Below, one piece after another: positions 26,501 through 37,440 of a DNA stretch of 64,000 bases. The translations under genes were made by a program, and so were the position numbers. How positions within the stretch are numbered: the first letter of the stretch is position 1; every line of letters starts with the position of its first letter. Below the pieces are notes generated by a model. The model was not told the DNA's origin and did not search any database. It worked only from the letters and a program-made list of their open reading frames with translations. Source of the stretch: Azolla caroliniana (lineage: Eukaryota > Plantae > Polypodiophyta); NCBI GenBank assembly GCA_043228905.1, contig JBHGNT010000013.1, forward strand, positions 13,888,001 to 13,952,000. Direction: 5' to 3'.

Positions 26501-27839
26501 TGTCGCGAAAATACGACGAGGATACGTGAACGTTGAGGTAGGACCCCGGGGCCTCCGACCAGAGGATAATCACATTTGTGCGTTTATATTTTTAACAATT
26601 AACAGAAAGAAGAAATTTAATAATTTTCATTAACAAAGGAAAAAGAAATTACAATATGTCCCAAGATTGGGATTTAGAAGTTTTAGGTTTACTAAGATTA
26701 ATTGAAAAGAAAAATTAGGGGTTTTGAGAGATATGGCTTCCGTAGGGAAGATTAGGATTAGGTTATATGAGTATTATGGCTTCCGTAGGGAGGATTAGGG
26801 TTTTTGAGTGTTATGGCTTCCGTCGGGAATTTTAGGGTTTTCGAGAGTTATGGCTTCCCTAAGATAAGAGAGTTGAGAAGGACAAGAAAAAAAATTCAGA
26901 TAATATGGAGAGTATCAGTGTAAGGAAAAAAATGGAATATATATAGAGTTCTCCCTTGATCATAGCCTTTCCACTTTTTGTTGCATGGCCTCTACTTTTA
27001 GTTGCCTAGCTTTTTCTTTTAGTTGCATGTGACCGTTCACATGACCTTTCCCTTATGCATGCACTCCAACTTTAGTTGCTTGCGTCCACATGGCCTTTAC
27101 TTTAGTTCTCTTCACTTTACTTTAGTTTGTTGCATGATCCAATCTTCCGTCCGTCCGCGTCCAACCTCGTCCGGTAGCCGGTTCCATTTTGCTTGCCGGT
27201 CGGTTCCGATTCCGATTTTGCTTGCCGACCGGTTCCGGTTTGCTTGCCGGTTTCGGTTCCGGTTTGCTTGCCAGTTCCAGTTCCGATTTTGCTTGCCAGC
27301 TGTTTCCGGTTTGCTTGCCGGTTCCGGTTCTGGTTTTGCTTGCCGGCCAGTTCCAGTTTGCTTGCCGGTTCTGGTTCCAATTTTGCTTATTGGCCGGTTT
27401 CCGGTTTTGCTTGCCAGCCGATTTCGGTTTTGCTTACTAGCCAGTTTCCGGTTTGCATACCTGTTCCGGTTCCGATTTTGCTTGGCGGCCAATTTCCGGA
27501 TTTGCTTACCGGCCGGTTTCCGATTTTAGGTAATTTGGCCACCATCATCCATCAAGACAAAGTGGCCAAAGTGCTCTTAACACAAATGAAAAATGAAGGA
27601 GGTCAAGGTGTTTATATAGCCAGGGCCTTAACTTTCCTATCTATGTGGGATAGTTCTAATTTCTCTATCTAATCAAACTTTATTTTCTCATAACTTGATA
27701 TGTATTTTTCCATTTTGTATATAGTAAAATACATTTTGAAGCTCTTGAGTATATCCATCTTTCTATAGTAAGCTACTAATCTAATCTATAATAACTATTT
27801 CATTATTTTTTTACATAGTGTGTGAAGATTCACACGACA
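26501..27839 (-). mobile_element. 1339-bp solo LTR of the TGTCG...CGACA gypsy group
   Basis: On the minus strand TGTCGTG...CGCGACA, with a perfect 4-bp TSD TCGG (26497-26500 / 27840-27843). Removing it restores the copia frame PSTR|EVWISGDVVFDE. CTATATAAA box at ~27611-27619 (-); CCCCGGGGTCC near the 3' end resembles the CCCCCGTGGTCC of the A-D LTRs. Confidence 0.85.
27170..27530. repeat. Degenerate tandem minisatellite (~18-25-bp unit TTGCTTGCCGGTTCCGGTT) inside the solo LTR
   Basis: More than 12 variant units visible. A second short array of TATGGCTTCCGTAGGG lies at 26732-26860. Confidence 0.85.
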
Positions 27840-30207
27840 TCGGGTTGAGGGGTTAAAGCACTTCTACGCCTTCTTCTCGGACGAGTATCCTACGAGGATA
27901 CATTCATCCGACTTTGCGTCGGGCTTTTCTCGTTGTTCGTTTGGGATGTGTACATTCGCAATGCTTGTGAACCCCTTGAGGTGCGACAGGATCGGCTTCC
28001 TTCCGACAAGGCGCTCGTAGGGAGTTAGCTCAAGCACTCCATTGGTGGTGCATCGATTCATGAGATAGACGACTGTGGATGCCGCTTCAGCCCAATAGAA
28101 GTTTGGCAAGTGCTTCTCATGCATCATGGCGCGTGCTACCTCGAGTATTTGCCGATTCTTCCTTTCGGCACGAGAATTCTCTCTGAATGCCTTCACGTTG
28201 GAGATAGGAGGTGAATTCGTCGGTGAAGTACTCCTTGCCACCATCCAATCGTGGGCATCAAATGTGCCGACTGGTTTTTGTTACCACTTGGCCTTTAGCT
28301 TTTGGAAGTGGTACGCCACTTCGCGCTTCTTCATCATTTGAAAGATCCACGTGTAGCGAGATTAGTCATCGATGAAGGTGACGTAGTATCGGTATCCGCT
28401 GATCTTCGGCGTTTGAGCTGGTCCCCATACATTCGAGTGTATGGCGTCGCGGAGGTCTTTGCTTGCGTAGCTCGACTTCGGGAATGAGATAGATGTTGTC
28501 TGTCGAGTTGACATGCTTCGCATACTCGGTCGACTTGTTTCAACTCGAATGCTCGAAGTTCGATGACGACTGCCTTGGATTGCATCGCTCGAAGCCGTTG
28601 GTTTATGTGGCCTATTCTCTTGTGCCACAACTCGATGCTTCTCTCAATTTTAATACCTTTAGCATACATGGTCGATTTCACCTCGTTCGAATCGAGGATG
28701 AACATGTGACCGTCTCTTCGTCCCTTGGCTATGAGTCAACCATGTTTCTCAATGAAACAACCTTCGTTGTTGAAGCAAACTTGCATGCCTTGCTCCACGA
28801 TTTGGCCGATCGAGACCAAATTCTTCGTTATTGTGGGCACGTGCAAGACATTCTTGATGAAAGTTTGTTCACCTTCTTTCCCGAATGGGACATTGCTGAT
28901 GTGCTGAATGGGATGTGTGGTGTTGTTTACCGTCTCTATGAAGCCGGGTCGGTTCGGCATTCGTAAGTCACGAAACTAGTCTTGGTGTGATGTCATATGA
29001 TGTGAGGCATCGGAATCGACGAACCACACGTCTTCCGAATTGGCGGTGCTTGCGGAGTCGGAGGGCGACATAGAGTTCGCTCTATGCCTCATTACGAATA
29101 GTCCGCCGTAGTCGTCATATTCGGAGTTGGTGCCGTAATTCGTGAGTTGTCGACTTGTCGAAGCCGACTTGTTTCTTCTCTTTCGGCACTCCTCCTCGCA
29201 GTGGCTGATTTTTCTACAATAGTTGCAAGTTGCATGCCTCATTTGTTGACCTTGTTTGGCATGGAAGCTCCCCCGTCTTCCGAAGGTTCCTCGATGGCTT
29301 CTGTGAAGGTTTGAGTTCCCTTCGTGTTATGGGCTGAATTGGCCTCTTCTATCGTCGTGACCTCGTCCTCGGCCACCGTCTGAAGTTGAGAAGAACATTT
29401 TTCCTTCCGACGTTGTCGTGAAGAATTTCGACCAGAGGCGGAAACCGGGGAACATTGGCTACATCGGCGGGGTGCAGCATGTGTACGCACCCGTGTACAT
29501 TTAGTGTGAATATCGAGGGCACCTTTATGGCGCCAAAGAGTAGTCAAGTCGGGATAGACGATCCCATGTAAGTCGGGATTTGTCCCACATTGTAATGCAT
29601 CCCTTTCCTTGTTCTATAAAAGGAAGGGAACGCCCTTTGTGTAAGGGTTGCCCATTTTGCAATAGAGGGTATACCGTTAGGTTTAGAGTTAGGTTCTTCT
29701 CCTTCTCCTTCTGCGTGTTTCGCTTAGGGTTTGCTTGGTTCGGCCTCCTGTGCAAGACCCCGCTCGGCGCGACGAGCTGAGAGCTCCCCAACGGCGGCTT
29801 GACAGCAGACGACTACTGTAACCTACGTCAGTCCGGCTCGACGCCGGGAATGTATTCTTCCCTTCATATATATATATATACGTTTGTCTGTGTATATTTG
29901 GGTCGTTGTTGGCGTCGGGTGCTTACCCTTTCCTGCGTTTTCTGTACATAAGGCATGAGTCGGGTTGTGCATGTGTGCGTGTGCGTGTGCGTGAGTCGGT
30001 GTTAAGCACGCTCTCTCTCTCTCTCTCTCTCTCTCCCCCTTCGGTTGCTTCTGGTGTGTCTCTGGGATGCCCCAGAAACAGTGAAGCACGACTTCCTACG
30101 CTCCATCACTCTCTAGTCCATGACCCCCGTGGTCCGGCCTTTCTCCACGCACGCGCGTAACAACGCGACATCTTTGGTGAACCCGACGTGAAAGGCGGCA
30201 AGGGAGG

Positions 30208-31647
30208 ATGGAGTCGGAAGACGACGACCTTGCGGAGATGGTGACCGAAGTGGTGTTGGAGTCGGCACGAGTGGTGATGAGGCGAGAAGCAGTGCAACAA
30301 GCGGTTGAGCGAGTGGTCGAAAGAGTCGGTCGTTTCAACGGGCACAAAGTCCCATCTTACTTGGAAGCCTACAACGCAGAAATGGAGGCGCGTGGCGTAG
30401 ACGAGGCGTTGAGGCTGGAATTCTTCTGTCGGGTCGTGGTTGTCTGGATGCATGCGGAAGTAAAGGAGCTCCGTGAGGCTCATAGTTCGTGGGGGGCCTT
30501 CGAAGAGCCGCTCCTGAAGGCGTACGGAGGACGGCGGAAGAGCCGGGGACGACACGACTTCGACCAGTTGGTAGCATCGGCAAAGACCCACCGGGGCGCG
30601 ACGAAGGCATTCCGAGAGTTCGAGCGATGGCTTGCTCGGCTCCCAGAGCGGGAACAAGGTTTGGTGGGGGCGGACAAGGTCCTATTGTTCGTCAGGTCGA
30701 TCAACCGAGCGGAACGGGAAGCCATCGGGATTGAGCTCGAAGACGACGATGGAGCGAATGGGCTTACAGAGGACTGGTCGAAGGTCGGAAGGGTGTGCCA
30801 ACGGCTAGACAACGAGCGAGCCGAGAAGGCTAAGAGAAAGGTACGCGACGGCGTGCCATCACAGCGGGAAGAGGCCGAACGACAGAGAGAGTCGGCAAGG
30901 GTCAGCGTTGGGGCCAGGATTGCGGACGTGTATGCAGCTCTCGAGGCGATGCTCGAGGAAGAGGAAAGACGGAGGCCGCAAGCCGAGACTGAGAAGACGG
31001 ACTTGCCCCATGCGACGGCGGAAGATCGGTACGACGGTACAACGGGAGAGGGTGCGGAACAAAACGCCCTCTCGACTTGCGGAGATAGAACGGCCAAGGA
31101 CGAGGCCGAGATACAGATCGCGGAACCGGAATGTTGGGACCATCGGTTTTGGGCGTGTCAGCCCGAGATCTGGGTCATTGGAGAAGCAAGCCCAGACGGG
31201 GCTTGCGCGATCGGTAAGAAGACGACCGCCGACCACGTAGAGTCGGTGGCTACGGACAAGGGCGCAAAAGGGACAAGCGATTCTTTGTGTCTTCCCACAC
31301 TTGCTCCCGAGACGATGGCAGTCGGGCCCGATTGCCCACGTGAGTCCCAAGCGGAGGAAGGCGGCGGCAAAAGGGCAAGAATCACCGGCGAGACGATGCG
31401 GGGAAGGTGCGGACGAAAGCCCACGGACTCGATTCCGGAGAACTCGGCATTCGGGCCCGTATGCCCATGTAAGACCAAGGAGATGGAAGGCGGTACCGAG
31501 GAGTCCTGGCACGATGCCAATGAAGAAGGATGGGAAACGGCCTGCGAGGAGGCCGAGGAAGGAAGCGGCACGAGAAGATCGGCATTCCGATTCGTATGGA
31601 GCAGAATCCGGTCGTGGATCGTTCGATTGGGGCCGGATTCGGCATGA
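30208..31647 (+). CDS. Divergent Gag capsid plus a charged, repetitive tail (479 aa); no CCHC knuckle or protease
   Basis: The N-terminal ~200 aa align with B capsid (VGRFNG/IGRFDG, YLEAYNAEM/YLASYGAEM, FREFE/LREFE, KVLLFVRSI/RVLLFVKSV, GLTEDW/GLTTDW). Confidence 0.8.
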   Translation: MESEDDDLAEMVTEVVLESARVVMRREAVQQAVERVVERVGRFNGHKVPSYLEAYNAEMEARGVDEALRLEFFCRVVVVWMHAEVKELREAHSSWGAFEEPLLKAYGGRRKSRGRHDFDQLVASAKTHRGATKAFREFERWLARLPEREQGLVGADKVLLFVRSINRAEREAIGIELEDDDGANGLTEDWSKVGRVCQRLDNERAEKAKRKVRDGVPSQREEAERQRESARVSVGARIADVYAALEAMLEEEERRRPQAETEKTDLPHATAEDRYDGTTGEGAEQNALSTCGDRTAKDEAEIQIAEPECWDHRFWACQPEIWVIGEASPDGACAIGKKTTADHVESVATDKGAKGTSDSLCLPTLAPETMAVGPDCPRESQAEEGGGKRARITGETMRGRCGRKPTDSIPENSAFGPVCPCKTKEMEGGTEESWHDANEEGWETACEEAEEGSGTRRSAFRFVWSRIRSWIVRLGPDSA

Positions 31648-33360
31648 AGGTGCCGATACGGGAGAGGGTGTGGGACAAGCCGCCTTCTTTTACATGGGGA
31701 GAAAGACCGACCGGGCGAAGGTCGAGAGAAGGAAAGAGAATGAGAGCCGGTCCTATGGGATTCCTTACACCGGTCCGGCTGCAGTTCGGCCGACGTGGCA
31801 ACGTGAGTCATATAAGAGAGATCGGTGGCGACAGGAGAACGGGACTCGGCAATCCGGAGAAGGACGAACAAACCCGGACGAGAACCGGGCAGAGCGGACT
31901 CCCGGATGACCATTCCGGGAGGGAGGAAGAGAGCAGGCCTACGAAGAGGCCGAGGAGACGGTACGTCGGTACCACGGGAGAGGGTGCGAAACAAAATGCC
32001 CTCTCGGCATGCGGAAAAGGACGACCCGGGACAGGGTCGAGAAGGCGATGAACGCCCAAGGAGGATCCTTCACACCGGTTCTAGAGACTTCGGCAGTCGG
32101 CAACGCGGTTGACGTAAGACCAAGATACTGACGCTGGCGGCGAGGTGACGAAGGCAAAGGGGGTACGGATGGGCGGTCGGCGGAGGATCCTTCACACCGG
32201 TTCTAGAGACTTCGGCAGTCGACAACACGGTCGACGTAAGACCAAGATACTGAAGGTAGTGGCGAGGTGACGAAGGCAAGGGCTACGGCAAGGAGGTATC
32301 AAGCCGGCGAAGCGGCCACGAACCAAATCGGACCTTTCGGCAAGGTCAGTGGGCGTAAGGAAGTCCGATCCTACGGGATCCCCACACCGGTTCCGGAGAC
32401 CCCGGCTGTTCGGCCAACGTGGCAACGTAAGACCGAGGGAGAAGGAAGGTGGCGGCGGGAAACAGGACCCGACTACGCGGAAGACATGAGGAGAGTCCGG
32501 GAGGGACTCAAACAAAAGACACCCGAATTACGGCAAGCATAGAAACGGAGTCCGGTCCTATGGTCACACCGATCCGGAGACTCCGGCAGTTCGGCCAACG
32601 TGGCGACGTGAGACCGAGAGAGAAGGTTGGTGGCGGCAGGGAACGAGACCCGACAACACGGAGGTTTCGGAAGAAGCCGATAGGGCAAACACGGGGAGGT
32701 GTGTCAGGCCGGAAAGGCACACCTTGGACGGAATAAGAGTCTCGCAAGTGGCCATCGCGGGCCGGATCAAAGCGTGACTACAGGACAGTGTTCGGCACGG
32801 GCAGTGCCAAGCGAAGGGAGCGAAAGACGGCACAAGGGAGGTGCCGGGAACGAGGTGGCAAGCGCCTAGTGGACTACACAGGGTCGGAGTCAGGGGATGG
32901 CAAGAGAGGCCGGAGGAGGATCCTCCACACTCGCTTCGTAGATCTCGGTAGCTCCGTCGAAGTAGTGAAGACTGACGCGGCAAGCCGGGATGATAAGCTG
33001 GTGGGGGCGAGGGGACGACGGCAAACGGAAGACTCAGGACCTGTTGCAGCAGCACGAAGACGGGAAGGGCCAAGCGGGCTACTACGGGGTGTTCCTCGGA
33101 TGCAAAGGACACCGGTATGCGGGTGAGCAGCGATGCATGATCTGGCCAGAAAGAGTGCGACACATGCGGTGCCAAGCAACGGGCGAGGGTATATGGCACA
33201 CGGAGGCGCCGGAGCGGAAAGGCTAGCGCGGAGATAGGTTGCGTGGTTCGGAGGTATTGCGGAGAAGGCCGGAAAGGGATCCTCCACACCGTTCCGGAGA
33301 CCATGGCGGTTCGAGCCGACGCGGCGATGTAAGACCATGGAGAAGGAAGGTGGCGGCGAG
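31290..33360 (+). repeat. Dispersed array of ~9 degenerate ~60-70-bp repeats with variable spacers inside element C
   Basis: Core GGATCC-YY-CACACCGGTTCCGGAGAC..GGCAGTTCGGCC.ACG.GGC.ACGT.AGACC at ~31291, 31420, 31752, 32060, 32182, 32370, 32556, 32915 and 33276. The 32060 and 32182 copies form a near-identical 122-bp tandem pair. Confidence 0.75.
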
Positions 33361-35292
33361 AGGACGAGGGCAACGTGAAACGACATGGGACGGCAATCAG
33401 GACGACGTGAATGATCAACGGAGGCCAAGCGGGCCACTACGGGCTTTCCTCGAACGGAGGACATCGGTCATACAGCGGGAAGCGGGTCGTTCATACAGCC
33501 GAACAAGGGCCAACGGAAGTACGCGTACTACGGAGATCGCGGCAGAGGACCCATCGACGGGTCGAACGAGCCTACGGGGAGGCGAGCGCGAAGGACGACT
33601 CAAAGCCGACGGGTCGAACCGGCTCACTTCTATTCTCGGGATGCGGATCACGGAAGACCGGTTTCTCACCGGCCGAAATCTCTCACCCTTCAACCGGATT
33701 TGGCACATACCGGTGGACGTGCAGTTAAGTGGGGGCGGATGTCGTGAAGAATTTCGGCGAGAGGCGGAAACCGGGGAACATTGGCTACATCGGTAGGGTG
33801 CAGCGTGTGTACGCACCCGTGTACATTTAGTGTGAATATCGAGGGCGCCAAAGAGTAGTCAAGTCGGGACAGACGATCCCATGTAAGTCGGGATTTGTCC
33901 CACATTGTAACGCATCCCTTTCCTTGTTCTATAAAAGGAAGGGAACGCCCTTTGTGTAAGGGTTGCCCATTTTGCAATAGAGGGTATACCGTTAGGTTTA
34001 GAGTTAGGTTCTTCTTCTTCTCCTTCTACATGTTTCGCTTAGGGTTTGCTTGGTTCAGCCTCCTGTGCAAGACCTCGCTCGGCGCGACGAGCTGAGAGCT
34101 CCCCGACGGCGGCTTGACAGCAGACGACTACTGTAACCTACGACAGTCCGGCTCGACGCCGGGAATGTATTCTTCCCTTCATATATATATATATACGTTT
34201 GTCTGTGTATATTTGGGTCGTTGTTGGCGTCGGGTGCTTACCCTTTCCTGTGTTTTCTGTACATAAGGCGTGAGTCGGGTTGTGCGTGTGTGCGTGTGCA
34301 TGTGCGTGAGTCGGTGTTAAGCACTCTCTCTCTCTCTCTCTCCCCCTTCGGTTGCTTCCGGTGTGTCTTTGGGATGCCCCAGAAACAGTGAAGCACGACT
34401 TCCTACGCTCCATCACTCTCTAGTCCATGACCCCCGTGGTCCCGCCTTTCTCCACACACGTGCGTAACAACGCGACGACGTCTTCATCTTGGTTCGAACG
34501 TGGTTCTCTTCGACCAATAATATTGATTGCAGGTCGAAGAACGAAGGAGGGTTTTCTCTCGCCAAGATTGTTGTCCCTAATGGATCGAATCATTGTTGGA
34601 GGCCGCCCAAGCATACTTGAACCATCTCATCTTCATTGACATTTATGTGATGGAGCCAAGCGAGTCGCAAATGCTCTTGATTTTGGCGGTGTAGTCCAAC
34701 ACGAACATATCTTTTTGCCGAATGTTGTTCAACTCTTGTCGGGGTTGAAGCTTTTAGGCAGTCGTGTTGGTGGCGAACATCTTCTTCAAGTTCCCCCACG
34801 CCTCTTTAGGCGTCTTGGCATCTCGAATGTGGCTAAGCATGTGATCGTCGACACATGTTGCCAAGCAATACATGACTCGACTCCCTGCTTGCACCCATGT
34901 TGCATAGTCGGTGTTCTTCGAGTCGGGTTGATGTTCTTGTGCGCCGTTGATGTAGCTCCAATACCCTTGGCCGACGAGGTATTGGGTCATCTTGTACTCC
35001 CACAATGAATAATTGCTCTGGTCTAGCTTTTCACTAGGGAACGAGCTACCCATTTGTGTGTTCATTTTGACGTAGTGTCTTCCTTTTTCGATTTCCTTCC
35101 CTCGATCACATACTCGTGCTACGTAGTGGCAGTACGGTAGTGGATAGCCGGAATTTGTTGTCGGCGTTTCAAACACACAATTACGAAGAGTCGGGTGGAC
35201 TTAGTGGATGTGCTAAACCACATGCTTTGATACCATGTAAAGAATTAGGTAATTAAGCAAGGGTTAATTAGTACCTAATTATGTGATTAAGC

Positions 35293-35874
35293 TCTCAAAA
35301 TTCTAGAACCACCTCTTTAAAATGCTCAAGGTCACTTGTAACCTCTCCTCCGGCTACCACCCGCAAATAGACTATGAAACAACGGATGTATCCGAAGTTG
35401 TGGAGGTAGATCGAGACGAAAAGCGACATCATTAATTTTTCCGATAATACGAAAAGGACCTAATCGCCGATAATCCAACTTCTTGCATGGGCTAGTAATC
35501 TTCATGTGTCGTCGTGGTAGCCATACCTGATCTCCAATGTTAAAACTGGATGGAAGTCAATGACAATTTGCGTAAACCTTATGTGTTTGTTGAGCTTGTT
35601 GTACATGAGTAGATAAATCCGTTTGTATCTTGTGTAACCGCTCCAAACGATCTTCTGCGCAAGGATTTGTGGGTAACTTCGGGGTTTCAAATACACACCA
35701 CTGGGGGTGACAGCCCGTATAAGCATAAAATGGTGTAACCTTTGTCAATGAGTGGACAGAGTTATTATAAGAAAATTTGGCAAAGTGGAGAATATCCGCC
35801 TAGTCATCTTGATGATAGCTTAGAAAGCACCAAAGATATTGCTCTAGCGTTTGATTTGTTCATTCTGCTTGGCC
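35293..35874. pseudogene. Chromovirus-type gypsy integrase fragment with an internal inversion, embedded in the 5' LTR of E
   Basis: + strand 35293-35372: SKF*NHLFKMLKVTCNLSSGYHPQID. Its direct continuation GQAE*TNQTLEQYL..FSYNNS..TPFYAY..KLDYRRLGPFRI..LRIHPLFH runs on the - strand from 35874 to 35373. Confidence 0.8.
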
Positions 35875-37440
35875 GATACGTGTGTGTATGTGTGTGAGGG
35901 GAAGAGAGAGAGAAGTACACTTATGAGCAACACAATATGGGGGATGATTAACTCTATATTAAATTAAAATCATCAAATACAAAAATACCCACAATGAGGT
36001 ATATATAGATGTCATGTGCAAGGGTGCACATGTGTGAGGAGTGTTGGCATAAAAGGCCGACTCCTTCCACTTTGTATCCTAGTGTGAATTCGTCCATATA
36101 GTTAGGGCTTAGTATATAAGTGATAACCTAACGTTCTAAAGTGTGAATCTCTTGGTCATTCTTGTACAGAGTCTCTGAGAAAGAGAGAGAGAGAGAGAGA
36201 ACAGAAAAAAAGAGCTTCCATTAAAGCTTCATCTGTGTATCTAACATCTGTCTATATCTTCTTGCCCTCCTTCTGTGTTGTTTGTTGAGCATAACCGACA
36301 GATCCTCGCATACGTTTCCGCGCATATCTGTCCTTCAATTGGTATCAGAGCGATCCACGATTCAGCGGCAACAAACAACAGAAAAAACTAAAAGGAAAAA
36401 GACCAGGTTAGCAAATCTCACTTTCAAAAGAATCATGGCATCTACATCCCGTACAGGAGTTGAGATCCGAAAATTTGACAGCAAAAACTTTTCCCTATGG
36501 AAGGAGATGATGTAGGACGTACTGATTATTTGAGGACAGGTCCAGGCCATTCGAAACTCCGAAAAACTTGCTTCAATGTCAGTTGATGAGTGGAGATCAA
36601 TGGACGAAATCGCAAGCTCCACCATTCGAATGCACCTAGCTAAAAATGTCTACTTCAGCATGGCAAAAGAGACAACAACGTTCTCATTATGGGAGAAGCT
36701 ACAAACCGTTGTCGGGGTTGCTACGCCCTTGCGTGCAGAAAGGAGGAGGGACCACGGGGGTCTTGGACCGAAGAGCAAGAGAGAGCGGAGTAAGAGAGAG
36801 ACCCGATTACACAGAACCGAAGATTGCACAGGAACACGGCCCAACAAACAGAGATCACAAACAAACGCCGACGCAGATGGACGCAACAACGAAAGATATG
36901 TACTTATGAATGCAAGAAAATAACAGACCAAAGTATTACAACCCACGGTGGGGCACGGAATAGATACTAACGAAAACGAACGGGGCGGCGAACAGATGCC
37001 GACCCCTGTATGTTGCGACGCACAGAAAGGGGAAACAGGTCGGAGGTGCTGCAGGACGCACTCGGGGCGTTCCACGGAGCAGCGCAAGCCTCCTCGAAAC
37101 CTGTACAGGTACGCGATGGAGCAGAAGACAGAGAAAGCAAGAGTGAGAGAGGAGCTCCGAAATCGGTTCGGCAGCACTTCGTCCTCTCCGCGCGAGATGA
37201 TCCACTTCTATTCTCCCTCTTCCTTTTATAGCCCGTCAAGAGGCCGTTTGGCATTAACTGCATACCCACCGAGGATCCTCGTATGTACTTCTTGGCGCGC
37301 GTGTGTGCAGAGCCGTTTCCCACGCCTTGTTCCTCCGATTCCTCTTGTGGGCGGTTTTCTTCACGACATCCGCCCCCACCTAACCGCGCATCCACCGGTA
37401 TGCGCCAAATTAAGTTGGCACGGAGAAAACCGGCCCGCCT

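Larger units (their letters stand above)
29414..34477 (+). mobile_element. Element C: non-autonomous, pol-less Gag-only LTR element (TR-GAG-like) of the same group
   Basis: LTRs 29414-30170 and 33740-34477 (last base A>G); TSD ACGT/ACGT (29410-29413 / 34478-34481); Trp PBS 30175-30192; same pre-PPT/PPT as B. No PR, RT or IN motifs seen. Removing it restores the copia gag frame HVRTKMKT|SEGKMFF. Confidence 0.92.
25879..35065 (-). pseudogene. Degenerate copia gag-PR-integrase of element E; RT/RNase H essentially deleted
   Basis: EKLDQSNYSLW gag, CNYCRKISHCEEEC knuckle, WFVDSDASHHMT protease, LWHKRIGH, HSNVWGP..YYVTFIDD integrase, ISGDVVFDE. After EPES..DPRW (start of RT) the sequence jumps to the PPT. 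Interrupted by the solo LTR and by C. Confidence 0.85.

Noticed and set aside
27023-27672. ORFs of 83-168 aa with repetitive RFRFAC / NRNRQA sequence
   Set aside because: Translations of the minisatellite inside the solo LTR.
31290-33360. CRISPR-like appearance of the repeat-spacer array in C; also checked for hammerhead ribozyme cores
   Set aside because: Eukaryotic context, degenerate repeats, irregular spacers and no cas genes. No CUGANGA...GAAA core found by eye.
24527-36709. Inversion of the spacer by B/D recombination as the cause of D's TSD mismatch
   Set aside because: F gag, F TSDs and the split E LTR are collinear across D, and B's own TSD is intact.
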